Positions 40,196-52,641 of a DNA stretch of 64,000 nt are shown in pieces. The position numbers were made by a program, and so were the translations under genes. Below the pieces are notes generated by a model. The model was not told where the DNA came from, did not search any database, and was given only the letters and a program-made list of their open reading frames with translations. The number at the start of each line of letters is the position of its first letter. The stretch's first letter is position 1. The DNA comes from Marsupella aquatica. Lineage: Eukaryota > Plantae > Marchantiophyta. The DNA is taken from contig OZ316891.1 in the NCBI GenBank assembly GCA_973895155.1, positions 20,036,069-20,100,068 of the forward strand, read 5' to 3'.

Positions 40196-40894
40196 CCTTA
40201 TACAATTACAAGATAAAAAGACATATGAGTGTGGTGAAAACTTTTGTTTTTTTGGTGTGATTTCACCCTGTTTTCACTCTCTTATTATCCATTTTTACCC
40301 AGAAACCTGGTGAAACACCAATATGTTGGCGGAAAGTGAATTGACAACTGTAGTGATGCAAGGAACCAGTCAGTCCTCGGAAGCACATATTAGTGGGCGT
40401 GTAACTTTGTACAGCCTCTGTGATGGAACCCCCTCGGCCACGGGCTTGGTATATTTATGGAGTGAATGGAGATGGCACTGCAGTGCCGAGTGTTTGGTCC
40501 AGGGCTTGATTATATCTTACTAATAATTAGCATGAGAAGCTAGATTGGGGTCGAGGTTTCTAGAGTGAAGCCTCTAGACCCTGACTCTAGGACCCACCAG
40601 GATTTATGTGGATGGAAAGTATTACAAGATGTTATGTAGGTCAAATGATGATCATGCATGATAATTTTTGTCATCATTTCTATCAACATCTTACTAATAA
40701 AGTGCTATGCAAAGCTATTTTCCAGGGCTATGGTCTAGAATGAAGCCTCTAAAAAGTGACTCTCAATAAGGACAGAACTAAAGGTGAAGGTTGACAAAAA
40801 CCAGGGATGGGGGCAAAGATAACCAGGAAATTGCATAGATTTCTGTTTTTTGCAAAAAACAATTGTCTTCATCTCCATTTACATTCAAGGTGGG

Positions 40895-41320
40895 GGTATA
40901 GGCTAGTTCCAAGAAAGGGCATTCAAGCTCATATCTCTATTTAAGTTCAACAGGTAAAGGGTAAGTTTAAAGAATGGGCATTCAAGCTCCTATCTCTACT
41001 TACGTGTAAGGAAAGGGTATTAGGCTAGTTCAAAGAATAGGCATTCAAGCTGATATCTCTATTTAGGTTCAAGGAACAGGTACAGGCTAGTTCAAAGAAT
41101 GGGCATTCCAGCTCCTATCCATGTACGGAATGGGTATAGGGTAGTTGAAAGAATGGGCATTCAAGCCCGTATCTCTATTTACATGGAAGGAATGGGCATT
41201 CAAGGGCATATCTGTACTTATGTTCAAGGAAGGAAGGGTTAGGCATTCAAGGGCATATCTGTACTTATGTTCAAGGAAGGAACAAAGAAGCGGTATAGGC
41301 AAGAACGGGCATTCAAGCTA
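40895..41320. repeat. Tandem array of ~40-65-bp units with core GAATGGGCATTCAAGCTC.TATCT
   Basis: Core at ~40915, 40972, 41036, 41097, 41151, 41190, 41240 and 41304; followed by (GGGAGT)n and a 30-bp duplication at 41364-41465. Confidence 0.85.
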
Positions 41321-43049
41321 ATATGTATGGAGTGAAGAACCCAGAGATGGCACTACGGTAACCTGAGCTGAGAGAAGAGGGGGTGGGAGTGGGAGAGCTG
41401 AGAGAAGAGGGGGTGGGAGTGGGAGAGCTGAGAGAAGAGTGGGAGTGGGAGTGGGAGTGGGAGAGAGGGGGAGCACCAAAAGGTCCGAGAAAACGAGAGC
41501 GAGGGCCATTTGTGGGCAGATTGATTTTGAAGCAGTGAGTGATCGAGCGATGGGGCGATTGGGATACCCTGATTGAAGAAGGAGCGAGGGACGGACGGAG
41601 GGCACGAAGGAGCCAGCGAGCGAGTCAGCGAGAAGACGAAGAGCAAGAGCCGCGGAAGGACCAGCAAGAGCGAGAGGCGCAATGGAGCGACTCGACGACG
41701 GTCTACTCATTCGGTACTGTACAGTTTCACAGTGAAGATTGTCGGGTAGACTTGCGGATAGATTTCGCGAGGAGAGGAACGGAGGATTGGAGATGATGAT
41801 GTGAGAGAGCGAGGGCATGAAAGAAATGTGAAATGCATAAGGCGGGAGGCGAATTTGACTGTTGGGCTGAGAGTGGATGTGAAGAAGATGAGCAAGTTGT
41901 TGATGCGGAGCGAGGAAGCGTGGCCTATGAGCGAGGAGGGAGGGCCGAAGTGAAAAAGGATGTTGGGGGAAGAAGGGAGGGAGAAAGAAGGGAGAGAGGA
42001 GTGACGATTCTATGAAGGCCGCAGCAGTGGAAGGGATAAAGGAAAAGATTCAGGAGCGAAATGCGTTTGCCGTTTTTTTGTCGTCGGCGTCGTCTTAACA
42101 GTAGTTTGTTAGGTTCTGAGATTCCGCTCCCGCTTGAATATCCCCCCTTCTTTCCTCGGTTCTGCGAATGAGCGTTTTTCATGGCCCGCGCCTGCTCTCT
42201 CTCTCTCTCTCTCTCTGTCGCTCGCTCTTGTTCCCGGCTGAATTTTGATTTCCTGGTTGGATGTTCGTGGTGCCGTCTTTTAATGTAGGCATGCGTGCTT
42301 CGGCTTTGGGGTTTGTTTCCGACATGTCCTAGAAATATCAGTCGGCAAGCTGCGGGTCCTGCCGCAGTTGGGTATTGTCCGTGGGATTTGAGTGGTCGAT
42401 TCGTCATCCGGGTGCTAGATGCGGGGGAGCCGTTGTGCCGCGTGTACCAGAATTGCTGGATATTATAATATACTTTGTGTGGTTGATTGCTTAGATTGGT
42501 TGGGTCTGCAAATGTTGTACCGTATCACCAGTATGTTGACCTAGACTGAGAACGGGACGATATTGAGAATGTATGGTTTGCTCGCGGTGCAGGGCGTGTG
42601 TGATTCGTGTCTGAGCTCGTTCTTCTCTTTTGGCTCGAGGAGCTGACAGCTGCGAGTGTATTGTTGTTGTCGGTTTCAGTTGGGAGTTTGCTTCGATTGC
42701 TAGGACGCTGTGGGGTCAGCAGGACTTGAACTGTATGGGGGCGCTGCTACAAGCGACTGGATGCTGTTTGGCGAACGGTGAAAGCTGCTAGGGTATGGGA
42801 AACAAGGGTACTTCAAAAGGAAACTGGATAATTCAGAGGGATGTATTGGAATCCACTTTCTCAATTGATTGGTGTCGTGTTTGACATATTTGAAGCCAGA
42901 AATTCTGCTACTCGTCCGGGTTGCTCTCAGAGTGCTTCGGAGATCACATTTGTCGTCGACCATCTGGCCGCATTTGGATTGTTTACATTGAAAATTCCTA
43001 CTCTACTGCGCAAAGAAGCTGCGGAGATTGGAAATTCGGGTAGTTAGCA

Positions 43050-44039
43050 ATGTCCGTCACCGACAGTTTTGACATTGGGTACGCTTTAGCACAAAAGAAA
43101 CAGCGCAGCTTTGTGCAGCCCACTTTGGTTTCGCATGCGAAGAGCAAGGGTATCAACTTGCTGTCGATTGACCCGCAAAGGCCTCTCGTAGAGCAGGGCC
43201 CCTTTGACGCAATCCTGCACAAAGTATCTGGCGAAGACTGGAACAGGCAGCTTGCCGAGTACGAGCACAGGTACCCTGATGTCATTATTGTCGATAGGCC
43301 GGAGGCAATTCAGAAGCTGCACAACCGAATCTCTATGCTTCAGGCTGTTTCCGAGCTCCAGAAGCTCCAGGTCAACGAGGAGCGAGCAACCTTTGGGATC
43401 CCGAATCAATGCGTCGTGGAGAATATCGATGAATTATGCAACCTTCCAGCAGTTGCAGGACTGAAGTTCCCCGTCATTGCCAAGCCGTTGGTAGCGGATG
43501 GCAGTGCCAAGTCTCACGCCATGTTTCTTATCTTCAACACTGAAGGCTTGACGAAACTCAAACCTCCTGTGGTCATTCAAGAGTTTGTGAATCACGGAGG
43601 TGTCATTTTTAAGGTATACGTGGTAGGCGACTACGTCAAATGTGTTAGGAGAAAGTCTTTACCTGACGTGAAAGAGGACGAATTAAAGAGCACCCAGACT
43701 CCTCTCTCGTTCTCTCAAATATCGAATATGGCTTCCACACCCGAGCAATCGAGCGAGGCCGTCGACGAGAAGCTCTCAACAGCAGAGCTTCCCCCCGCTA
43801 AGTTTCTTTCCGATATTGCCAATGGGTTGAGGCTAGCACTGGGGCTACGTCTGTTCAACTTCGATGTGATCAGAGATAGTAGATTAGGAAACCATTATCA
43901 TGTCATTGACATCAATTACTTCCCTGGTTACGCCAAGATGCCCGTGTATGAATCTGTGCTAACCGAATTCTTCCTTGGACTCGCACGCGAGAAAGCCGCT
44001 GCAGGAGATCCAGGATCGCTGCGAGCTGTCACAAACTAA
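43050..44039 (+). CDS. ITPK1: Inositol-tetrakisphosphate 1-kinase / inositol 1,3,4-trisphosphate 5/6-kinase (ATP-grasp), intronless CDS
   Basis: Motifs [78 protein letters not shown] and [11 protein letters not shown]. Confidence 0.97.
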   Translation: MSVTDSFDIGYALAQKKQRSFVQPTLVSHAKSKGINLLSIDPQRPLVEQGPFDAILHKVSGEDWNRQLAEYEHRYPDVIIVDRPEAIQKLHNRISMLQAVSELQKLQVNEERATFGIPNQCVVENIDELCNLPAVAGLKFPVIAKPLVADGSAKSHAMFLIFNTEGLTKLKPPVVIQEFVNHGGVIFKVYVVGDYVKCVRRKSLPDVKEDELKSTQTPLSFSQISNMASTPEQSSEAVDEKLSTAELPPAKFLSDIANGLRLALGLRLFNFDVIRDSRLGNHYHVIDINYFPGYAKMPVYESVLTEFFLGLAREKAAAGDPGSLRAVTN

Positions 44040-46764
44040 ATTCGTGCTGCTTCGTCCCAGTAGATTCCAATCGTGCGATCAGGCCATTCGGGGAGGCGAG
44101 GAGAGGAAGAGCAGCAACATCATTTGCATTGGTTGCACGAGACGTCGGCACTGCTTTGAACTGGCTACATTATAAAAGCTGTTTGAGTATTTGTGAGGCG
44201 CTACAGTACTGAACTGTGACATTCCTTTCTCACTGAAAGAGCCACCAAATGTTAGTGCGAGTTGCGCTCTTGTTGCACTTGGGTGAATGATGTCAGCACC
44301 TTGTTATGACGGCTGCAGGTTGACCATCGTAGGCTATGAGGACTTCCTCGCTGTTCATGTCTCCGTGCACCCTTCAAAGGAATTTATCGCCGGAGCGTGA
44401 AGGCCGTGGGCTGCTTCATAGTTTCGCAAAGCAGAGGAAATGAATGAGCGAAGCATCGGAATCTCGTGTCAGATATCAGAGTTCTTCTCCTCAGCTTGTC
44501 CTGCTTGAATTACTTCAACGTGGAAGCTTTGCTGCAAGGTCAATGCGAGCGAAAGATGGCACGAAGTTGGTGCTGCAGTTTCTGTTAATTTGCGGGGAAA
44601 TTGTGGCCTACTGTTGGTTTCTCAGGAGCAATTTTTACTACATTTTGGAGAATAGTGACGAATGGGGAAAGGCAGCAATTTTGGTCCTAGATGGAGAAAG
44701 TCTTCAGCAATTGTAAGGGCTACTCGCCACTTGTCATAGGCTGCCACAGTGTTTCATATGAGATCGCCACTACCGACTCTTTCCAAAATTTTCTGTCTGT
44801 GGTTGCTGACGCTTTTGAGATCTTCAAAATTGCTGAACTTTTTGACAATCTGAATGGACAAGGTATCTGTGTCTTTATGGTCTGTCAAATCTTTGAATAT
44901 GAAGATAGAGCGGCACATGTACTGGAAAAGCGTGAAACGAAATTTAAATGTCTCTATGCTTGCCTCTGCGACGGTCATGCCCATCTTCATTTGAGCTGCT
45001 TTACTTGTGCTATTCTTTGTATATGTTCTGTCCATGCAAGTCAATGCAGACCAGGATTATGGCGATGTGTCATGATATCTATCAAGTCCGGTTTGAAATC
45101 TACAGAAGGGAAAATGCTGGGGCAGTGGGTGACCGTGGGCAGCTGTATTGTGTTCAATTGGGTTGTTACGAATGTCGTTGCTGAGAATCTGGGGTTCACC
45201 TTGTTGCAATAGGCTCTCTAGATAGCGCCTAATATGCTCAATTTGGGGGCATCAAGCTGATCTGATTAATTTAGTCCCCAACCAGCTGCTGCAAATTTCA
45301 CTGCAAATGTAGTTACACTCAATGTGAACGTCGCGGTGTCCCTTGACGGAGTTTGACAGGCTAGGGTGGAAGACTTAGGACTCTGTCAATCTGTGGAAAC
45401 GGAGGGATTTATTTGTACAGGAGCTTCTTACATCTGGACGAGCTAGCTGGTAATCTGGGTTCTTCGACGCCCCAAAACTATTTGCTGAAGCAGCTGTTAC
45501 TTTAAGGAGTACAACTTTGTGAATTTAACTTTTGGTATCTAACTATCTGTTTGTCTAGATGGAGAGAGAATTACAGGTAAAAGTTGCGCTGGGGCAGGGC
45601 CTGAGGTCAGTTCTACCAGCAAATTTCATGTTCGTCAGAGATCACGAAATCGTTGTATCATCATTGAGATGGCCTCACATTTCTTTAAAATCAATACACG
45701 TTTTTGTCCCACTGTGATCGCCTTTTGGTGCCAACCTCTCCAAATTCCCTCATCAATGAGAAGATCATTCAGACATCTAGCTTCGGGTCTGACTGAATTC
45801 GGCTCCTGTAGCCCCAAAGGTTGGTCAAGATCGGAGCTCTATGCGCTTAATCCTAGAGTGTCTTGATCGTCAAGATTCAAGTGTTCTGGAAGCTCTGCAC
45901 GCTTGTTAGTTGCGGTAGGTCCCAGCTAAGAAGGAATCACAATGTTCAAGAGAATTTCCATACTATGCCACCGAGAACTACAGTAGCTACTTTACACTAT
46001 CCTATGAAGTTATCCAGACAGGATTCCGTGAGTCATGTGGGCCGCAGATGCATGACTGCTGTTTTCATGTGCTTCACCCAACCTCAGCCAGGACCCACTT
46101 AGTTCCAACGTGCCCTGCTTAGCCGATTCTCATTTATTCCATTGATTTGCGGGCCCAGATCTGTAAATGTATCTTCCTGAGGGCAACCTATAGGCATCTG
46201 GCCACCCCAACAAAGCCTCCACCAATCCACCAGGTGCCAGAAAGCCCAATTGCAGCAGATCGATATGCCTCCTAGTTGAATACCAGTTTCAAAGCTCGAA
46301 TGAAACATCATTCATCTTTCCCCCCCTGCACGCAACCGTATAACTTCAAGTGCAATCTCATGGCGAAAAAACTACCCAAAAAGTTGCCATCTGTTGGCTC
46401 TTCTTGTAAGATTCGTGAATGTCAACGTGACTTGCACAGCACATATCTCAGCATGTCAACGTGATTTGTACAATAAATATCTCACGGCCTCAACCTGACT
46501 ATTTTGTACAGCAAAAATGTCTTGGCTCTGGTCAGATTCATGAATGTCAGCGTGATTGTACTACCAAGAGAAAGCATGCGTGGCAAAAACCTCCACAGTC
46601 AGTATTGCCTTAGTCACTGAAACTTTGTAAACCAGATCAAGTTCTCTTGTCGTGCATCTGAAATTAATAAGAAGTGAATGATTGGGGCCACTGAACACCG
46701 TGTCACAGGAAACCATTATTGAACCCCATAACCGAGCTATTTGATAGTATACGAGCCCAGTATA

Positions 46765-47195
46765 CGAGCCCTATGCCAGTGCGTTGCACTGTGCAAGGAG
46801 GGCCGGTCCCATAGGGAGAATCTGATGTATGCCTCGAAAGAAAGTTTTCTTCTCACTTCTCGAGCAATCAATCGCATGTTATGGGGGGGCGAGCAAGGCA
46901 GGAGGGCGCGAAGCCCTATGGAGGGGGGCGAGCGAGACTCGTGCCTCCTTCACTCGCCACGGACGGGGAGCAGGGGTGTCGGGGCCAGGAGGGGCGCGAA
47001 GCCCTATGGAGGGGGCTGCGCGTGCCTGAGTGCCTCATTCAATCTGGTGCATGCCTCGTTTCACGATCGGACGGCTACGAAAAATGAGATGCTTGTATCT
47101 GACGGTTAAGATTGATTCCCGCTGAAATTTGAATTCGTAACGGGACGACGGACGAAAGTGGCCAAATGGGCGGGATTGCGTATTATAGTGTTAGA
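46765..47195 (-). mobile_element. Small non-autonomous Helitron (~430 bp)
   Basis: Minus strand reads A|TCTAACACTATAATA... at the 5' end, and hairpin CAGTGCAACGCACTG followed 8 nt later by CTCG|T at the 3' end. It lies between A and T with no TSD and has internal GC-rich GCGCGAAGCCCTATGGAGGGGG repeats. Confidence 0.7.
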
Positions 47196-47272
47196 TATGT
47201 GTTGGACCCTAATTTTCATACATTGTAAGTTTTCTCGTGTGTAATTTGTGTTGGACCTCAATCTACAACCAC

Positions 47273-47576
47273 TTGAGGTATTCTATGTTGCGAGCAAACA
47301 GGAGATTTTGATAGCGAGTAGATTTTGATAGCGAGACAATAATGGTTCCAAATTTCAGTTACTGGTTGGTGCCTTTTACATTTTTTGTGTTTTTTTAAAG
47401 GCTGCAGATGGCTAGCGAGCTCGCTAGCAAAAAGGGAGTCCCCAAAAGGGATGTTACCAACCAAGTAGTTGATAGTGAGGCAGTTGCATGTAGAAAAATA
47501 GGGGTCATGCAAGAATTTTTTTTGCTCGTGCGAGTAAAAATTTTACTGTTAGCTCGCACATTACAATTACCCCAAC
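47273..47576. mobile_element. MITE-like element with imperfect terminal inverted repeats
   Basis: TTGAGGTATT...GCGAGCAAACAG versus CTGTTAGCTCGC...AATTACCCCAA; central palindrome GCTAGCGAGCTCGCTAGC. Confidence 0.5.
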
Positions 47577-47871
47577 CACTTTGCAGGTTTTCTCCTTTGC
47601 ATTAAACCGGTATCTGAAAGAGTTCTGAATGAAAAAGCAGCACAAAAAATGTTTTTCAAAAGTGTTTGTAGAAAAACATCTCTACAAACTACTTTCAAAC
47701 ATAATTGCTTATTTTACACAAACCACAGTAGTTCCTCAGAATTTCCCCTTCCTCACTACTACTCATTCCTGTCCTGTGGTGAATAGTGTGTCACCATAAA
47801 AGGTGGAGCACTTGTCAATAAAAAAGTTATGCACTCACCACCTTTTGTGGAGCTCAAGACCATTTGTGAAC

Positions 47872-47931
47872 CTCTAAACTTTATAATGAGAGCTACAGGT
47901 ACTCTAAACTTTATAATGAGAGCTACAGGTA
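47872..47931. repeat. Perfect 30-bp tandem duplication
   Basis: CTCTAAACTTTATAATGAGAGCTACAGGTA x2. Confidence 0.9.
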
Positions 47932-48677
47932 ACCCATAGCTTTTAAAGAGATGACAACAACAGTACATTATTTGTGTATTATTTGTGTTTTATTTCAAAT
48001 AGTGAAGGCTAGGAAGCAATTTATAAATTAAGCATTCTAAACTCACTTCCTAGAAAGTATATTTCTGACAAAAGATAGTCAAATACAACAGATTTTGGAG
48101 AGGACTTTGTAGCCAAAAACAGAGTCAAATATTGGAGAAACGTTGAAGATAGGCTCTAAAAAATATGGGCAGAAAATTTTCATTCTCTTCCATACATTAA
48201 GTAAACGGACAGAAAAAGAAAAATTGACTCTCATAAAGCGCTAGCTGGCTTGGCTAGGAAAATATTTAATTTGATCAGTTCCTTCGTATATTAGATGAGA
48301 TTCATGATCAGCATGTGAAGAAAGTTCTTACTTTGCATTTCCCCATTCTAAACCTGAACAAAAACGCTCATTGCTCCCACTTGGTTCCCAGTGAAGACCA
48401 ACAGGACTTTAAATTTAGTCTAGTAGTTTTGTTCCTGGTAGAACACTTGTTGCCTTGTGTCAAAGTTATCGATGTAGGAGACAGCAATCACAGAAGGAAA
48501 AGAAAACCAAAGAATCAATTTCTCAGTTTCCTCAGCCAGGCATGCTGCTTCTAACACCTTTCTGTTTGCCGTGCGAAATATCCCAGTGGGTCTCATTTGT
48601 GGGAGAAACTAAGAGGATAAATCCTTGGAATGGACCCAGGGAGAAATCAGCCTCAGATGGCAGTTAGTCAAGGTTGG

Positions 48678-49312
48678 GTATGGAACTTGCAAGAGCATGG
48701 ACCAGCTAGGAATGAACCCAGGACCTCCAGTGTACTTTGTAATGCTCTACCACTGAGTTACAGGCTCAGTGTGCAGCAGCTTTATGACTTTAAATGTGGT
48801 TCATATGCAACACCCTCCCCCGAGCTAGACTCACTGAGTGACAAGCCCAGTGTGCCTGCACCTTAATGGTTTGAATGTGGCTCGTTTCCAACACCCTCCC
48901 TTGAGCCAGATTAGCTTAAGCCCAGTGTGCCTGCACCTTAATGGTTTGAATGTGGCTCGTTTCCAACACCCTCCCTTGAGCCAGATTAGCTTAAGCCCAG
49001 TGTGCCTGCACCTTAATGGTTTGAATGTGGCTCGTTTCCAACACCCTCCCTTGAGCCAGATTAGCTTCTTCACCCCCGCTTCAAGAGAAATTCTTAGCCT
49101 TTCTTCCTTTGAGCCACACTCTTGTCCACACTCACTTGGAGAGAAATTCTTAGTCTTTCTTAACGTTTTGGCTCTCATACCATGTTGGAACTTTCAACAG
49201 CATGGACTGGCTAAGAATTGAGCCTTGGACCTCACCCTCCATATTGTAGTGATCTACCAGTGAGCTACAAAGCCAACCCAGTATGCTGGAACCTTCATCT
49301 TCATTTGCTACA
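48678..49312 (-). mobile_element. TRIM-like miniature LTR element with tRNA-like (Pol III A/B box) LTRs
   Basis: 5' LTR 49312-49183 ends TTCCAACA. PBS TGGTATGAGAGCC (49182-49170) is one mismatch from the tRNA-iMet PBS TGGTATCAGAGCC. Short non-coding interior, PPT GGGGGAGGG, then 3' LTR from TGTTG at 48812 to ~48678. Both LTRs contain TA(A/G)CTCA.TGGTAGA and GG.TCA.T.C boxes. Confidence 0.75.
48843..49067. repeat. Perfect 75-bp tandem repeat x3 (each unit = PPT + LTR 5' end)
   Basis: AAGCCCAGTGTGCC starts at 48843, 48918 and 48993; the reverse complement contains AAGGGAGGG-TGTTGGAA. Confidence 0.95.
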
Positions 49313-50402
49313 ATCCGATGTTGACACCTTCATGTTCATTTCCAACAGGGTAGACGCTTGGATAGCTTAGGATTCATGTCAATAGAACAAGAACTCGTCG
49401 TTTTGTCTCTCGAACACCTGAGACTGAAACCGCCCAGGACTTCAAAGTAATAACGAGCGTCGAGGCCTCGACAGACATTCAATTTGGAAGCAAGATTGGG
49501 ATGTTTAGTTTACATCAAACAAATGCGATTTGACTGCAGGTGTCTTCGTCTATCGTACGCTTAAGGTTTTCACTTTTGGCATCACCACTCTATTACATGG
49601 AAAATACTCAATGTACCTGTTTGTTGGCACGGTTTCAGTAACATACAAGGACCAATATGGAAGATGTACTTGACAGCAATTGATAGTTCTCGAGAAATGG
49701 ACAGGTGTTGAAAATCTTCGACTGTCAGGACAGAGGTGCATGAATTTGAAACTGACGTACTCAGTCCATGAATCGAGTACGCTGAAGTACCCAGGTACAC
49801 ACTCTGGTAGTGTCGCTGCCTGAAGTAATTTGAGGCATTCATTTCACATTGGAGGAAAGCTCTGGAATCTGCTGGTCCAACTATGAAGAACGAAGTGAGG
49901 CGAAACTGGGATGACACAATCATCAGAGATATGTTCAACTCAACTAGACTGCAGAACAACCTCAGCTGATCATTTCCTTGCCCTGTATCCCTGGTCGTTG
50001 AACCCAGTAACCATGAAGCTCTTAATTTAGTTTTTCTAAGTTACTGCTCTGAGTTCCATCATCCGCTGCAATCTTAAGGTCTGACTTCCACTGTAAGATG
50101 TATCTGTAAGGAATACCAGTAATATGGAAGATTTCATCCTATTCGTTCAACATCTGCAGAAGCCTTGGGTCTCATCCTGTCTCTGGAGCTCTCCAAGTAA
50201 ATTCAAAAAGAATATAGCGCAAGAATCGGCAGGATTGTTGAGGCTATTCCTCGCTGGTTGCACAGGCCATATTCATTGGCAATTTTTCTTCTAGTGAATG
50301 TAAGCCTTCTTTCAAGTTCCCTCAAAAACCGCACCCGTTCCTTAACTTTACACGAAGCAGCAGAGGATGGATGACGTTGTTTGGGGACGCCACTTGCTAG
50401 GA

Positions 50403-51809
50403 TCAGAGCTCGTCCTTCACATCCTGCGCCGAATGCTGCTTCTTCCTCTCCCTTTCCTTGGTAAGTCTCTCGACAACGACATCGAGTGGAGGATCTCCGG
50501 GTCGACGGAAGGCATTCTCCCCCAGTTTGAATTCGTACGCTTCTGGTTGAGCGAGGATGAAATCCTTCACCTGTGAGAGAGATTGTTCCAAGTCACGTAT
50601 TGGAGAGAATCAACTTGTTTCATTGGACGATCGGCAACTGAAGCATAGAAAAATTGCTTTAACACTGTACTTTGCGGTCTGAGGAGAGATAATATCCTTC
50701 CATGTCAACATAAATGCAGGAAAGTCTACAATCAATCACAACGTGGACGTTCAGTATCAAATGAATTTCACGGTACATCCACTGTCAGTTTGCCTGTTTT
50801 GTTTATCTTCCCGTTATACAAACATTTGGATCCCCGTCTTTATTTAAATATTTCAGAAAGCCATGCTCTGCCCCTGCCTAATACTGTATTAGATTCTCAA
50901 ACTGAGCCAAGCTTAGAATGAAGCTCGTTCCCACACCTTCATACTAACAGAGTTTAATGCTCTACATGAATTGCGAGGAAGAAGTCCTGTACCTCCAAAA
51001 TCTCTTCTCCTCCTGGAATGGTGATCATGAGGGTGCTCCGGTCCACTGCCATGATCTTGACATCGATTGTGCCAGCTTTCAAAAGCTCCGTCCATTTCTT
51101 TGCAATTCGGGACACGTCTTCCTGCAGCCAAAAATCACCCAATCCAGTGATGAAGGATGGAGGAGGACAGATCTATCGTCCCGGCCAATAAAATTCAGCC
51201 AATTGTCCAACAATGCCGACCTATGCCACATACCCAGATGAGAAGACTTTCGTCATGTTCTCCGTAACCTTAGCTAGCAGCTCCTTTCGAGAGTGAAGAT
51301 TTCCAACCGAAATTATGGAATCAAGACGTCTGTGCTACGCCGAAGATTAAAGTAACACAAAACGCACAAACATCATTTAGGGATCCATAAGATGCGGCTG
51401 AGAATTCCCGAATATCAACTCGAGACGGAAACAATATGTTGCGAATTCTTAGCAATACCCTGTCTCAGCCGGAAATAGCTCGTACCGGCTCCCGGCGCAC
51501 ATCCAGTCGAAGCTTAACAAACCCCATCGTCGTGCCCATGCTCCGCTTCATCATATCACTCTGATACTTTCCGAAATCCATCCCCTCGACGAAATCCGGA
51601 GGTGGATCGAAAGCCGGCCTCGGCTTGGGCTTGGGCGTGCCCCACGCCTTCCACTCCTCATCTTCCTCGCTGTCCACCACATCATCCAACTTGTCCGAAA
51701 TCCGAACCCTCCGCACTGCACCCTGCACTGGCCGCTGCTGCAATGCCGCCACGACCACGCAGAGCAGCAGCAGCAGGAACCGACCTACGATCTTCACAAG
51801 CGTCCGCAT
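50403..51809 (-). CDS. MESD/Boca-like ER chaperone with signal peptide and C-terminal KDEL
   Basis: Exons 51809-51486, 51121-50993 and 50570-50403 (GT-AG, in frame). Hydrophobic N-terminus, DDVVDSEEDEEWKAWG, MGFVKL, IAKKWTELLKAG, MAVDRSTLM, EVKDFILAQPEAYEFKLG and terminal KDEL. Confidence 0.88.
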
Positions 51810-52380
51810 TGTCGACGTATTCCCTCGCCACTCTACTTCCTATCCCTCTCTAAAACCACTCGAAAATGGAAGAAATCGAGTGAGGGGTCAGTGGAAACTG
51901 GAAAGGGCAATGTGGAAACATTCGGAGCGTTTTGTTCGTTAAAAGCTCGGCCTGCCTGGGTACCTAGGTTTTGACAACCTGCTAACTTTGAAGGTATATC
52001 CCCAAATCTGGCTGTCAGACCAAGAGTCATTTTCTTTGTGGCATTATTTTATGACCCTTGTCAAAGATCTACAGTAATGATCTATGCTTTTTGATTGTGT
52101 TCAATGGGAGAGTTGAATAGGCACAACTCTTAAAAAAACCAACCAAAAAAATATATATACTTGCCATTTCTTTGATACAAACTGAGTTTTGTTAATGGTT
52201 AGCCCTCACTCTCAGAAATATCCATGAGATGGGCCAAGGGCACCTTTTTTGCGCCTGACAGTCTACTCTCTCCACAGGTAGTACACTCTCTCAGCTATTG
52301 ATTATTGGCCGTCTCACTTGACAAATCATTTAGGGTCATTTTGATGTTTAATAAATGTGAAATAAAATTGTGTAAATTTT

Positions 52381-52641
52381 TACTTTTGTTTGATGTCTTT
52401 TTTATGATACCCAATCAATAAATTTTACCTTGAAATTGGATATACAATCATATTGACATTAAATATATAGAATGTATTTTAATATGCCCAAACTGAAATG
52501 ATTTTGTGATCTACTTTTGTTTGATGTCTTTTTTATGATACCCAATCAATAAATTTTACCTTGAAATTGGATATACAATCATATTGACATTAAATATATA
52601 GAATGTATTTTAATATGCCCAAACTGAAATGATTTTGTGAT
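52381..52641. repeat. Essentially perfect 131-bp tandem duplication
   Basis: TACTTTTGTTTGATGTC...ATGATTTTGTGAT starts at 52381 and 52512. Confidence 0.95.

Noticed and set aside
40895-41320. CRISPR-like array
   Set aside because: Degenerate minisatellite with related inter-repeat sequences.
41318-41818. 166-aa minus-strand ORF
   Set aside because: Derived from purine-rich low-complexity and (GGGAGT)n repeats, with no domain.
44691-45212. 173-aa ORF downstream of ITPK
   Set aside because: No recognisable domain and Cys-rich random composition; probably 3' UTR or intergenic.
48695-48767. Functional tRNA gene
   Set aside because: The anticodon arm is not canonical, the acceptor stem has mismatches, and the sequence sits inside an LTR-like repeat.
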